This document shows positions 29,191 through 38,764 of a DNA stretch of 64,000 nucleotides, piece after piece. The notes under the pieces were generated by a model. The model was not told the origin of the DNA, made no database searches, and saw nothing but the letters and a program-made list of their open reading frames with translations. How positions within the stretch are numbered: the first letter of the stretch is position 1; the number at the start of each line of letters is the position of its first letter. This DNA is from a virus (taxonomy: Duplodnaviria; Heunggongvirae; Uroviricota; Caudoviricetes). The translations under genes and the position numbers were made by a program. The stretch covers positions 82,137-146,136 of IMG/VR virus record IMGVR_UViG_3300028602_000005. The stretch is one strand, 5' to 3'.

Positions 29191-29486
29191 AAAGAGCACC
29201 GCCTACTTTTTTCAACTGACACAACTTTAATTAATTTATTCTATTTCAATTAAGTTTTTTTTACTTGGGAGTATCTCTTGACATTGTTACCTCCTGGCTC
29301 CATTTATATTGGTCGAAGCCTTTCTTTTCCAATAGGAATATTATTAAGTTAATCTGGCAACCCTATGATCCATTCCAGATCATCTCGTTTGGGTTGCACC
29401 AATTCCGCTTTTTATGAAGTATACCTAAAGAAATCCTGATTTGGTCATGAAAAATTTTTTCATAACAATCCTCCTTCTTTAAGTTT

Positions 29487-29852
29487 TTAAACTTTTGATT
29501 TAATTACTTTTTCCATAACATGCTTAGGAATATTTGTTTTTTCCGTTGACGTTAATTTATCATTATTATCATAATGATACAGAGTATATATATACCAATA
29601 TGAATCTTTATCCTTTCTTGAAAAAGCCTCTAACAGTTTGCCATCCTTTTTTATATGAATGGCAATTATATTGTCTTGGTTATCTCCAATAAAACATATT
29701 TTTTCTCCATCTTTTGACAGCGAATATGCGACTTTATAATGTTCTATGGGAGTGAAAAGTCCGAATACAAATGTGAATACGCCTATCAAACAAAACAGTA
29801 CCATTACAAACAAGAACGCATATTTGATTTTCATTTTCATTTTCATTTTCAT
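29487..29852 (-). CDS. Hypothetical membrane-anchored protein
   Basis: N-terminal TM segment. Starts with four ATGAAA repeats. Confidence 0.55.
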   Translation of the reverse strand: MKMKMKMKIKYAFLFVMVLFCLIGVFTFVFGLFTPIEHYKVAYSLSKDGEKICFIGDNQDNIIAIHIKKDGKLLEAFSRKDKDSYWYIYTLYHYDNNDKLTSTEKTNIPKHVMEKVIKSKV

Positions 29853-29917
29853 TTTATTTCCTCCTCAGTTTTTTATTGTTAGATTGAAAAAATAACATGT
29901 TAAATATCCTCACAAAT

Positions 29918-29928
29918 TAATATATATA
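29918..29928 (-). promoter_or_regulatory. TATATATATTA motif
   Basis: Upstream of 29852. Confidence 0.55.
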
Positions 29929-29952
29929 GTTAGTTGTAAAATTACATATTTT

Positions 29953-30396
29953 TTAATCTATTTTACAAACTATAATATTAGGATTTATTAGATTTAAAAT
30001 TCTACCAACTTCTCTCCAATCTCCACCACCTAGATTACATCCCATTTTATAAGGAACATATATTTCAAGGTTTTCTTTTAAAGCAAATTCAGTTAATTGG
30101 GTCATTGCCTTTTTAACGGCATTATAATCCGTATATTTTCCTTTTATACCATAAAACTTTTGACCTGCCATATTACAAACATATAGATTTTCAAATTCAT
30201 TAATTTTAATTACTTGTGCTGTTCCTAATTGAGGTGGATTTCTTTTATAATAATAATATGCTTTAGGAAATTTTTTTCTAATTTCTAAAGCTATACCTGC
30301 TCCCATTACACCCATACAATTAACTTGATGTGTTATAATTCCTGTATTGATATTGAGTATATTTTGTTTCAGGAGTTGCATATTTTTTCCTTTCAT
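29953..30396 (-). CDS. Macro domain (ADP-ribose hydrolase-like) protein
   Basis: IITHQVNCMGVMGAGIALEIRKKFP and PYKMGCNLGGGDW. Likely start 30381. Confidence 0.88.
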   Translation of the reverse strand: MKGKNMQLLKQNILNINTGIITHQVNCMGVMGAGIALEIRKKFPKAYYYYKRNPPQLGTAQVIKINEFENLYVCNMAGQKFYGIKGKYTDYNAVKKAMTQLTEFALKENLEIYVPYKMGCNLGGGDWREVGRILNLINPNIIVCKID

Positions 30397-31303
30397 ATAT
30401 AAGATCTAATATTTTATTCAAAAATGAAATTTTTAAATAACTATTTTCATAATTATTTATTAAAAAATTATAAATTGTATCTTTTGGTACTTCAAATATA
30501 TTAAAAGTTGTCGAATTTATTTTTACAGTATCTTCGTTCAATTGATGTACATTTAAACCATCACATTCAAAAATTAAAAAATTTTTATCTAAAGTAAGTT
30601 TTACATAATTATTTAGTTTTGAATGATAAGGTATTCTACAATTGTCTAATGAACATTGTTCGCCTATTGATACTAATGATTCTGTAGAAACATCTCTTAA
30701 AAAACTTTCTTTATTTATCACATTTTTGATTCCAATATTACAAATATCTATTGTTGACTTTTCTATAAAAGTTTCAATTGAAATAGTAGATGAAAAAATA
30801 TCAGATAAAGTTATCCAACATAATTTATGAATTTCTGAATTTTGTATTATATTTTTTATTAAAATAGAATTGTTACCTACATTAGAATTTAGTAATTTAG
30901 ATTCTTTTAAACTTATACAATGAGATAAAAAACTTTCTTCAATAACTGATGCATTTACATTATTATATTTACCAATTTGAGAACGAAATATTTTAGAATC
31001 ATTAATGTTTGCATTTCCCAATATTCCAGAATTAATGATACTACTGTTTTCTATACAACATTTGGAGTAAATTTCTGAATCATTAATTGTAGAATTTTTT
31101 AACTCACAAAAATCATAAATTTTTGTTTCTTTTCCATCTAAAATAATATTTTCTTTAAAAATACAATTGGGAAATATAATAACTTCCTTAGAAAATACTT
31201 TTAAAGTTTTATCAATTTGAGAATATCCATAAATATATATTTTAAAGTATTCTGATAATTTTATTAAAACACTGGTTTTATAATTGCTTATAGATAAATT
31301 CAT
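30320..31303 (-). CDS. Beta-helix repeat protein (NSxI repeats), paralog 1
   Basis: 5-6 residue I/S periodicity. Confidence 0.65.
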   Translation of the reverse strand: MNLSISNYKTSVLIKLSEYFKIYIYGYSQIDKTLKVFSKEVIIFPNCIFKENIILDGKETKIYDFCELKNSTINDSEIYSKCCIENSSIINSGILGNANINDSKIFRSQIGKYNNVNASVIEESFLSHCISLKESKLLNSNVGNNSILIKNIIQNSEIHKLCWITLSDIFSSTISIETFIEKSTIDICNIGIKNVINKESFLRDVSTESLVSIGEQCSLDNCRIPYHSKLNNYVKLTLDKNFLIFECDGLNVHQLNEDTVKINSTTFNIFEVPKDTIYNFLINNYENSYLKISFLNKILDLIYERKKYATPETKYTQYQYRNYNTSS

Positions 31304-31306
31304 TTT

Positions 31307-32158
31307 TTAAGATCTTTCTAAATAAAGTAAATTCATTGCTTCTTTAAATATTTTAAATTTTTCCTTTTCTGTAAAAAAATAAAACTCTTGTAAAACCTTC
31401 GGAATATCTTCTTTATTAAATATAACATTTCTATTTTCACATAATACATAAAATTTATTGTGTTCTATTCTTTTAATGACTATATCTTCATATTTAAAAC
31501 AAAAAGGATTATTCATAAGAAGATTTTCATTTTTTAATACAGTATTATCATTAATATCTACTAATTTTAAATCACATTTAAAAATATTTGAAAAATTAAA
31601 TACATTTGTTTCATCTAATTTTGAAGAAACTACAACTACATGTTCGTGAATATTTGAAGATTTTACTTCTGATGACATTATTTCACTATCTTCATGAATC
31701 TTTGATTCTATTATTTTAGATTGATTTCTTACTGCTGAATCAAAAATGAAAGATCCACGAATAACAGATTCATTAATACTTGAATGTGATAATATTTTAG
31801 AATTATATATATCAGATCTATATATATCACTCGATTCGATATTACTTTTAACTATATTTGAACCATGAATTTTATTACCCATATAAAATTTTGAATCAGA
31901 ACAAATAGAATTTTGAATGGTATTTGATGGATAAACTAAACAATTTTTTAATACTGTTCCATCTAAATAAGTATCAGAATATATTTTACAATCACCTTCA
32001 ATTATTATATTATTATTTAATACAATATTACTATCTAAAAATAAAGAAACACCATAAAATTTAAAATCTTTATTAATTTTTACATTATTTCCTAAATTTA
32101 TTTTAATAAATTGTTTCATTACCTCTATTAAACCAAAATCACAAACTTTTAAATTCAT
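31307..32158 (-). CDS. Beta-helix repeat protein, paralog 2
   Basis: SNIVKSNIESSDIYRSDIYNSKI repeats. Confidence 0.65.
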   Translation of the reverse strand: MNLKVCDFGLIEVMKQFIKINLGNNVKINKDFKFYGVSLFLDSNIVLNNNIIIEGDCKIYSDTYLDGTVLKNCLVYPSNTIQNSICSDSKFYMGNKIHGSNIVKSNIESSDIYRSDIYNSKILSHSSINESVIRGSFIFDSAVRNQSKIIESKIHEDSEIMSSEVKSSNIHEHVVVVSSKLDETNVFNFSNIFKCDLKLVDINDNTVLKNENLLMNNPFCFKYEDIVIKRIEHNKFYVLCENRNVIFNKEDIPKVLQEFYFFTEKEKFKIFKEAMNLLYLERS

Positions 32159-32377
32159 TTAATTTGCTCCTAATATTGGAAAGTAATATGATAAAGCAAT
32201 TTCTTTTAATATTAGCATTGTCTCAAAATTTTTGTCTAAACAACGCCCATCTTTTATATTTATTTCAGTTCCGTAAAATTTGAAATTATTATATAATATT
32301 TTTACATTTTTTCCAATTTTAATTTTATAAATTTTTTTACATTTATTTAAAATTTCATTACTAATAAATAAGTTCAT
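32159..32377 (-). CDS. Truncated paralog of the beta-helix family
   Basis: Has only the shared N-terminus (MNL..KIKIGKNVKI..FKFYG). Confidence 0.5.
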   Translation of the reverse strand: MNLFISNEILNKCKKIYKIKIGKNVKILYNNFKFYGTEINIKDGRCLDKNFETMLILKEIALSYYFPILGAN

Positions 32378-33264
32378 CTTAAATTTTCCCTAAAATTATG
32401 TATGAGATTAATAAGATTTTCCATTGTTGTTTTTTCATTATCATCAATATATGAAATATTATTTATAAATTTTTTATCATGTAGTATAAATTCTGCATTT
32501 TTAGTTTTATTTTTAATTCTAATTTTAAAAGAACCATCAAAACATTCTTTAATCATAATATTTTTATAAGAAACAGTTATTAATTCAACACCATTGCTTA
32601 CTTTTGTTTTTGATATTAATGAACATTCGGGTATAATAGATTCTTTTATTTCTGTATTGTTATTTACATCAGAAAATTCTCCTATAATTGAATCATATAT
32701 ATTAGAATTTGAAATCAAAGATCCTTTATTTATTATACCATAAGATATGTTAGATTTTTTTATATGACAAGAAGAATGAATTTTACTTTTTTCTACCTTT
32801 GAATTATTTATCAAACAATTTGAAAATATTTCAGTGTAAAAAATTTCACTATCACAAATAAGAGAATTAAAAACATTAACTGTACATAATTTTGAATTTG
32901 TAATATGTGTTTTTTGATATATTTCTGAAATTAATATTGTACTATTTAATATTTCAGAAGGGTCAAATATGGTAGAATTAATTAATTTAGAATTAATTAA
33001 TTTAGAATTATCATTTATTTTTGAATTGGTTATTGAAGTATTTAAAATTTCGTTATTTCTACCAATTTGATTTTCTCCAATAAATTCACAATTTTCTAAT
33101 AAAGTTTCACTTCCAATAGAAATAAATAGACTATAAATTTTTAAATATCCTTTTATTTTTATTCCAACTCCTAATCTAATTTTAATATTTTTGTATAAAC
33201 CTAATAAAATAGATTTTTTAGATTTTTTAATTTCCATAAATTTCCTCCAAAATTTTAAGCACAA
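32374..33264 (-). CDS. Beta-helix repeat protein, paralog 4
   Basis: NSKINDNSKLINSKLINSTI repeats. Likely ATG start 33237. Confidence 0.65.
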   Translation of the reverse strand: MCLKFWRKFMEIKKSKKSILLGLYKNIKIRLGVGIKIKGYLKIYSLFISIGSETLLENCEFIGENQIGRNNEILNTSITNSKINDNSKLINSKLINSTIFDPSEILNSTILISEIYQKTHITNSKLCTVNVFNSLICDSEIFYTEIFSNCLINNSKVEKSKIHSSCHIKKSNISYGIINKGSLISNSNIYDSIIGEFSDVNNNTEIKESIIPECSLISKTKVSNGVELITVSYKNIMIKECFDGSFKIRIKNKTKNAEFILHDKKFINNISYIDDNEKTTMENLINLIHNFRENLR

Positions 33265-33275
33265 TATACTGAATT

Positions 33276-33287
33276 CTTAGAACAAAA
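33276..33287 (+). promoter_or_regulatory. CTTAGAACAAAA motif
   Basis: Exact 12-mer upstream of 33316. Confidence 0.6.
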
Positions 33288-33315
33288 ATAAAAATATACT
33301 TAGAAAGGTTTAATC

Positions 33316-33684
33316 ATGAATTTTTCAGATATGACTAAATATCAAAAAAACAATCCATTAATAGGTTTAAAAAGACCTAGATGTGAATGTAACTCAGAAA
33401 TGGGACTAAGATTAGAACCAGATAATAGCATATATAGTACAACGTGGGTTTGTAGAAAATGTAGCAATGAATATTATTCAAAACTAACGGTTGAAGAATG
33501 GGCAAATAGATTGAAAAATGAAAAAGTGAGTGAGCTATCTCAAGAAATACACAAATACGAAAAAAATTATGGAAAAGAAAAATGCCCTTTATGTGAAGCT
33601 ATTTTAAAATTTAAATCACCATGCTGTGGTCAAGAAAAAACTTTAGTTTATTGTTCAATATGTGGATATAAGGAATATAGATAA
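33316..33684 (+). CDS. Double zinc-ribbon protein
   Basis: CEC..CRKC and CPLC..CC..CSIC. Confidence 0.65.
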   Translation: MNFSDMTKYQKNNPLIGLKRPRCECNSEMGLRLEPDNSIYSTTWVCRKCSNEYYSKLTVEEWANRLKNEKVSELSQEIHKYEKNYGKEKCPLCEAILKFKSPCCGQEKTLVYCSICGYKEYR

Positions 33685-34037
33685 TGACAAAATTTATAAT
33701 AGAAATAATATTAATGGTTATATTTTGTGAGGCTATTACAGAATTAATTTGTAAAGCTGAAATATTTGAAAAACCTAGAAATTGGTTTAAATCATTATCA
33801 ACATTTACAAATAAATTAATAAGCTGTTATTATTGTTCATCTGTTTGGTCTGGTGCATTTTCTATGTTATTATTTAATTTTTTATATAACAGATATATTT
33901 TAAGTTTCGTTTTATTGGTTGTTTTTCATAGATTGAGTAATTATTTTCATATGATCTTTAGTATATTAAAAGATTATCAAATAAGAAAAAGAATAGAAAT
34001 AAGAAATAAATATAGAAAGGATGATGATTTATTATAG
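33684..34037 (+). CDS. DUF1360-like membrane protein
   Basis: ELI..EIFE.PR..LISCYYCSSVW plus TM helices. Confidence 0.6.
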   Translation: MTKFIIEIILMVIFCEAITELICKAEIFEKPRNWFKSLSTFTNKLISCYYCSSVWSGAFSMLLFNFLYNRYILSFVLLVVFHRLSNYFHMIFSILKDYQIRKRIEIRNKYRKDDDLL

Positions 34038-34070
34038 AAATTGAGGTAGATGTAAAGTCTACCTCAATTT
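34038..34070. terminator. Bidirectional terminator hairpin
   Basis: AAATTGAGGTAGA..TCTACCTCAATTT. Confidence 0.8.
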
Positions 34071-34074
34071 TTTA

Positions 34075-34428
34075 TTATTTTAGATTATTCACCACAACTT
34101 TAAGTCTTTCAATTTGTTTTTGAAAATCTTCTTTTGATATTTCAATATATGGATCAGTTAATAAACTATTATAGTACATTGAAAATTCAAGTGAGATATC
34201 AAAATATTTTCCATTACTTGAAAAAGACAATTCTGTACAATAAACATAACTCGTTTTACCAAGACCTTCAACTCTAAAAAATAAATCTGAATCTTTAGAT
34301 CTAAAACATCTATTAACTAAATCTAAACATTTTTTATTAGTTTTTTCATTCTCTCTTTTATCTAACATACCTGCAATTTCTATCCAAATATCTTTTAATT
34401 CCTCATATGTTTTATCTTTTAAATCCAT
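34075..34428 (-). CDS. Unknown family member 1 of 7 (EISKEDF family)
   Basis: DLKDK..EELK / CF.SKD / EISKEDF. Confidence 0.65.
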   Translation of the reverse strand: MDLKDKTYEELKDIWIEIAGMLDKRENEKTNKKCLDLVNRCFRSKDSDLFFRVEGLGKTSYVYCTELSFSSNGKYFDISLEFSMYYNSLLTDPYIEISKEDFQKQIERLKVVVNNLK

Positions 34429-34429
34429 T

Positions 34430-34906
34430 TTAATCCTCCATATTTATTATATCAAAAACCATTTCTCTTTCATCCTTATATGAATCTGTAAAATTATCGA
34501 AAAATTTTATGAAATCTTCTTTACTTATTTCTATAAAATCTTTTGATATTTCCATTTCTGTTAACAAATTAGAAATATCAATGAAATTAATATTTTTTCT
34601 ATTTTCTAAAACAAGACAATCAAAATAAATAAAACAAAAAGATTTTATATAGATATATTTTTCTTTTTCTTTTGATTTAAAGAATTTTCCTATCAGAGGA
34701 TACTTTTCCTTTTCCCTTCTTTTTTCTTCTTTATCTATTTCAATTTTGAACATTTTAAGATCATTGTCTGAAAGTTCTTTCATATTTTCAATAAATTTAT
34801 TTTTTAAATCAAAAAAGTCACCTTCAATTTTAGTATTGTCATCTCTTGAGAACAGATTCATATAATTTATAAATTTCCTTTTCTGCTTCTTTAATTTTAG
34901 CTTCAA
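34430..34906 (-). CDS. Unknown family member 2 of 7
   Basis: GKFFKSK and EISKEDF. True start probably downstream of 34839. Confidence 0.6.
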   Translation of the reverse strand: MKLKLKKQKRKFINYMNLFSRDDNTKIEGDFFDLKNKFIENMKELSDNDLKMFKIEIDKEEKRREKEKYPLIGKFFKSKEKEKYIYIKSFCFIYFDCLVLENRKNINFIDISNLLTEMEISKDFIEISKEDFIKFFDNFTDSYKDEREMVFDIINMED

Positions 34907-35204
34907 ATTCTTCTTTTGTTATTTCTTTACAATCTCTTTTTAAGTATTCTGCATTAACATTATAACAACTTGAAAAACCAATTGATTCTTGAAAGTATTG
35001 TATTGAAAACATATTTACGGCATCTTTATCTTCTCCTATTCCAAAAACAAAATTCATATTTTCAGAATCTATTTCTTTGAAATATTTAAAAAGATAATTT
35101 TCTACACTTTTATATATTTCTTCTTTTATTTTTTCAGAAATAGTATTATTACATTCTTCTATTATATTTTTTAGTTCTTTTATACTTTTATCTTTTAAAT
35201 CCAT
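34839..35204 (-). CDS. Unknown family member 3 of 7
   Basis: MDLKDKSIKELK and EITKEEF. Confidence 0.65.
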   Translation of the reverse strand: MDLKDKSIKELKNIIEECNNTISEKIKEEIYKSVENYLFKYFKEIDSENMNFVFGIGEDKDAVNMFSIQYFQESIGFSSCYNVNAEYLKRDCKEITKEEFEAKIKEAEKEIYKLYESVLKR

Positions 35205-35228
35205 TAGAATTAATCCTTTCTTATATTT

Positions 35229-35618
35229 TTATATTAATTCATTATATAATTTTTCAATAAGCCTTTTTGAAATATCGAATATATATCTAAATTCATCTCT
35301 ATTCATTTTTTCATATGAATTTCCATCAACAATATCTAATGGATATAATGTTTGATAAGAAATTTCTACATGATTATCTTTATAATTATAAAATAAAAAT
35401 AGAGTTTCAAACATTTCATGTTCACTAATACCTGTTATTAAAATATATTCATTATTAGTTTTACATCTATAATATTCACCTATATATTTTTGGAATTTTT
35501 TCATAACTGATTCATGACGTATTTCATTTAATATATCTTTGATTTTATCCGAAATATCAATCAATTCTTTTTCTGACTTATTTTTTAAAAAATCATACAT
35601 ATTATTATATCCTTTCAT
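35229..35618 (-). CDS. Unknown family member 4 of 7
   Basis: KSEKELI, YIGEYY, KMNRDEF. Confidence 0.65.
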   Translation of the reverse strand: MKGYNNMYDFLKNKSEKELIDISDKIKDILNEIRHESVMKKFQKYIGEYYRCKTNNEYILITGISEHEMFETLFLFYNYKDNHVEISYQTLYPLDIVDGNSYEKMNRDEFRYIFDISKRLIEKLYNELI

Positions 35619-36049
35619 TTTACTTTGGAATTTTTTTCTAATGCTTCAGTATATAATCTTTCAACAGATTCTTTTGCATTTTTAAAAATATCTTCAAATG
35701 TTTCTTTTGATATTTCTGTATATTTATAGTTAAAAATATGTATTGGTACTGGAGAAAATGATTTATAAACAACTTCTACGGAAAAATCGCTACTTCTAAG
35801 AGATAAAGCTTCAATCATTTCATTTTCTTCGTTTATTCCAATTACGAAAAAATGTTCATTTGTATCTTTATCCTTATAATATTTACCGAAATATCTTTTT
35901 GCTTTTTTAATCATTGATTCTTCATATTTTTTATCTAATTTATTTCTTATTTCATTTGCAATTTTTTTCAATTCTTCTTCTGATGAATTTTCTATAAAAT
36001 CATTTATTTTACTTATATTCTTTTTTATTTTAGTGGTATCATTATACAT
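35615..36049 (-). CDS. Unknown family member 5 of 7
   Basis: SEEELK, YFGKYYK, EISKETF. Confidence 0.65.
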   Translation of the reverse strand: MYNDTTKIKKNISKINDFIENSSEEELKKIANEIRNKLDKKYEESMIKKAKRYFGKYYKDKDTNEHFFVIGINEENEMIEALSLRSSDFSVEVVYKSFSPVPIHIFNYKYTEISKETFEDIFKNAKESVERLYTEALEKNSKVK

Positions 36050-36103
36050 TTAAACTATATTTCCTTTCTATTTTATTAAAATAATTTAAAGTTTTTTTAT
36101 ATT

Positions 36104-36586
36104 TTAAGATTTTAATATAATCTTTCTAGTTTCTTCTATTTTGTTATCTATGAAAACATTAGTTTTGTTTTTAAAAAGAACCAGTTTTTCTACAAATACT
36201 TCAAAATCAATTTCTTTGTAATTATTTGAAATTTGTTCTGCCAATAAATAAGTATATTCTATATTGGAAGGATTTTGATCTGGATAAAATGAAAAATAAA
36301 GAGTATAGAACGTATTATTAAATTCAAAAAAATATTTTATTATAAAATAATCATCTGAATTTATTTTCTTAAAACATTTTCCAACCCAGTTATTGAAGTA
36401 TTTTTTCTTTTTTTCATCTTCTCTTTTTTTTAATTCATTTAATGCTTTTTGTGAAATTATTTTTAAATTTTCATCACTAAAATCTAAAAAATCTTTAATT
36501 ATAAACTTTTTATTCATTCTTATTAATATCCTTAAACATACATTACTAAAATCTAAAAAATCTTTAATTATAAACTTTTTATTCAT
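36104..36586 (-). CDS. Unknown family member 6 of 7, with duplicated start region
   Basis: WVGKCFKK and EIDFEVF. MNKKFIIKDFLDFS occurs twice. Confidence 0.65.
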   Translation of the reverse strand: MNKKFIIKDFLDFSNVCLRILIRMNKKFIIKDFLDFSDENLKIISQKALNELKKREDEKKKKYFNNWVGKCFKKINSDDYFIIKYFFEFNNTFYTLYFSFYPDQNPSNIEYTYLLAEQISNNYKEIDFEVFVEKLVLFKNKTNVFIDNKIEETRKIILKS

Positions 36587-36613
36587 TCTTATTAATATCC
36601 TTAAACATACATT
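36476..36613. repeat. Perfect 69-bp tandem duplication
   Basis: 36476-36544 equals 36545-36613. Confidence 0.92.
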
Positions 36614-36930
36614 TTTAGAGATTCATACTCTTCATCTAATAAAACACCACATCTTATTAAATCTAGAAGCGTATTTTCATCTAATTCACATAATTGATCG
36701 AATGTTATATTAAGTCCTATTTCATCATGATGCATCGCATTTTCAATAATATTCTGCCTTGATGGAAATTTTTCATCTAAAATAATAAAAGCTTGTAAAT
36801 CTCTTCTGTTCGATTTTTTATTTTTAATCTCATCAAATTTTAAATTTTCTTTTTCATGTTCTTTAAAAAAGTTAATAAGTTCATGCTTTTCCATTTTTAT
36901 TCCTTTCAATGATATTGAATTTAGATTCAA
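36601..36930 (-). CDS. Hypothetical protein
   Basis: ORF track. Likely start 36894. Confidence 0.55.
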   Translation of the reverse strand: MNLNSISLKGIKMEKHELINFFKEHEKENLKFDEIKNKKSNRRDLQAFIILDEKFPSRQNIIENAMHHDEIGLNITFDQLCELDENTLLDLIRCGVLLDEEYESLKMYV

Positions 36931-37291
36931 ACGTATTTGACATTTTTATTTTAAAATCATCAAAGGCTTTAATAAATTCTTCATTAGATATTTCTCTGCA
37001 GTTTTCTTTTATAAAACTGTATGAAGTTTTAATATCATATAAAAATTCAAATCCTCTAAAAATATCAGATCCAACCACAAAAACCATACTGTTTACTGTC
37101 ATGTCAGAAAAATCATTACTATAAATATAATAATATGAATCACTATCCCTTTTCTTAAAATATCTTCCTATTAAAGACTTTGGTTTTCCAAAGACCTTTT
37201 CTTCGTATCTTTTAGTAATTATATTACTTAATTTTTGTATTATTTCTTCAAGTTCTTCTGTTTTAAATTTATCGACATCAAAATCTATCAT
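36881..37291 (-). CDS. Unknown family member 7 of 7
   Basis: TEELE, LIGRYFKK, EISNEEF. Confidence 0.65.
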   Translation of the reverse strand: MIDFDVDKFKTEELEEIIQKLSNIITKRYEEKVFGKPKSLIGRYFKKRDSDSYYYIYSNDFSDMTVNSMVFVVGSDIFRGFEFLYDIKTSYSFIKENCREISNEEFIKAFDDFKIKMSNTFESKFNIIERNKNGKA

Positions 37292-37301
37292 AATTTCTCC
37301 T

Positions 37302-37508
37302 TTAAAAAATATGAATATCTTCTATTAAGTTTATAGAATCTTTGTTATTTATTCTTTTATATTTTATGGGTTTCCAATGTTTACAATTATGAGATGAATC
37401 TGAAGTAGTTGAATAGTCTAATTTTTCACATAAACCTCTAATGAATCTTTCATTTTTAAGTTTAGTGAAAAACCTACAATTTCCGCAATTTTTTGTTTTT
37501 TTATTCAT
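37302..37508 (-). CDS. Small Cys4 metal-binding protein
   Basis: CGNC..GLC..C..W. Confidence 0.55.
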   Translation of the reverse strand: MNKKTKNCGNCRFFTKLKNERFIRGLCEKLDYSTTSDSSHNCKHWKPIKYKRINNKDSINLIEDIHIF

Positions 37509-37510
37509 TT

Positions 37511-38077
37511 TTAATCTTCTTTTGGAGTTTCTCCATTTTCTAAAAATTGAATCAATCTACTCAAATCTATTAATTCATCATTTATTATTTCAACAGTATT
37601 TTCATTTTTTTCATCAATTGAATTATTATATAGAATAACTAATAATTTTTTAACTGAATTCAATCTATTTAAAATTTTATCTTGACATTCAATTATTCTT
37701 TCTTTTTTTTCGTTTCTTTCTTTTTTATATTTAATCCATTTAACAACTACTTCAGGAAAAATTCTTTCATCTGATAAGAATTCAAAAAAGTCTACATAGT
37801 TATTATATTTATCATATTCTAGAAAATTTTTTTTAGAAAAAGATATAAAATTTCTCCATTCATTAGGACCTAAGTATCTAATTGCATGTTTTAAATCAAG
37901 GAAATCATATGGAGTGTCGAATGTTCTATTTACATTTGAACAAACTTCTTTAACGTAAAATCCTTTTCCTCCACAGCTACATGTAGAAATATTTTTTCCA
38001 TCTTCACTTATTTCATAATCATGAAATGTTTCATGTAGAACTTCTTCCATTAATAGTTTTATATCTTTTTTTTCCAT
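37511..38077 (-). CDS. Hypothetical protein
   Basis: ORF track. Confidence 0.55.
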   Translation of the reverse strand: MEKKDIKLLMEEVLHETFHDYEISEDGKNISTCSCGGKGFYVKEVCSNVNRTFDTPYDFLDLKHAIRYLGPNEWRNFISFSKKNFLEYDKYNNYVDFFEFLSDERIFPEVVVKWIKYKKERNEKKERIIECQDKILNRLNSVKKLLVILYNNSIDEKNENTVEIINDELIDLSRLIQFLENGETPKED

Positions 38078-38595
38078 TTTATTACATCCTTTGATGTTTT
38101 TCTATTTATAAAAAATTCAACATTTTTCGTTTTTTGTTTTGTTGTTCCTGGCATTCCATCCCAAGTTAATACAAATTTATCAATAAACTCATCACAAGAA
38201 ATTACATTTACAGATGCATCCATATTAAATGTTAATAGATTTTGTATTAATTCTCTTACTGTAATATTATCATTATCTTTTTTTTGATTTAAAACAGTTC
38301 CATCTTGTAATGTAAAGGGAAGATGTCTTGTAATATTATATTCTTTAAACTTAGGGTCTTCATCTCCACCAATAGAATTCATACATTCAAGAACAGCATT
38401 TGAAATTTTATCACACATTACTTCTATTTTTTCTCTATCTTCTTCATTATTAACCTGAAGAGAATAACCATCCCCTAGAGGATTTTTATCTTCTGATTTA
38501 AATAGACCTCTTATTTTTGCATAAGAAATATCTTTATTTGTTACATCAACATAATTATCTGATAAATATGTTATTTTTAATTCAACCTTTTTCAC
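38059..38595 (-). CDS. Hypothetical protein
   Basis: ORF track, GTG start with AGGAG RBS. Confidence 0.55.
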   Translation of the reverse strand: MKKVELKITYLSDNYVDVTNKDISYAKIRGLFKSEDKNPLGDGYSLQVNNEEDREKIEVMCDKISNAVLECMNSIGGDEDPKFKEYNITRHLPFTLQDGTVLNQKKDNDNITVRELIQNLLTFNMDASVNVISCDEFIDKFVLTWDGMPGTTKQKTKNVEFFINRKTSKDVIKWKKKI

Positions 38596-38758
38596 TTTTC
38601 ATTCTTCTCCTTAGTGAATATTTTGAATAAATGATAATGAATTTAAAAGAAAAATATGGACGAAAAAATCCAAAACTAAAGATTCCACATAGTCCATCCA
38701 AAAGCTCTAACCATGATTCAATCCAAACAACTAAACGATGTATAATTTTATTTTTCAT
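38582..38758 (-). CDS. Small hypothetical protein (58 aa, not in ORF track)
   Basis: MKNKIIHRLVVWIESW..., read manually. Confidence 0.45.
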   Translation of the reverse strand: MKNKIIHRLVVWIESWLELLDGLCGIFSFGFFRPYFSFKFIIIYSKYSLRRRMKSEKG

Positions 38759-38764
38759 TTTTAT

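Noticed and set aside
29828-29853. (ATGAAA)x4 microsatellite at a gene start (MKMKMKM)
   Set aside because: In-frame hexamer slippage with no evident consequence.
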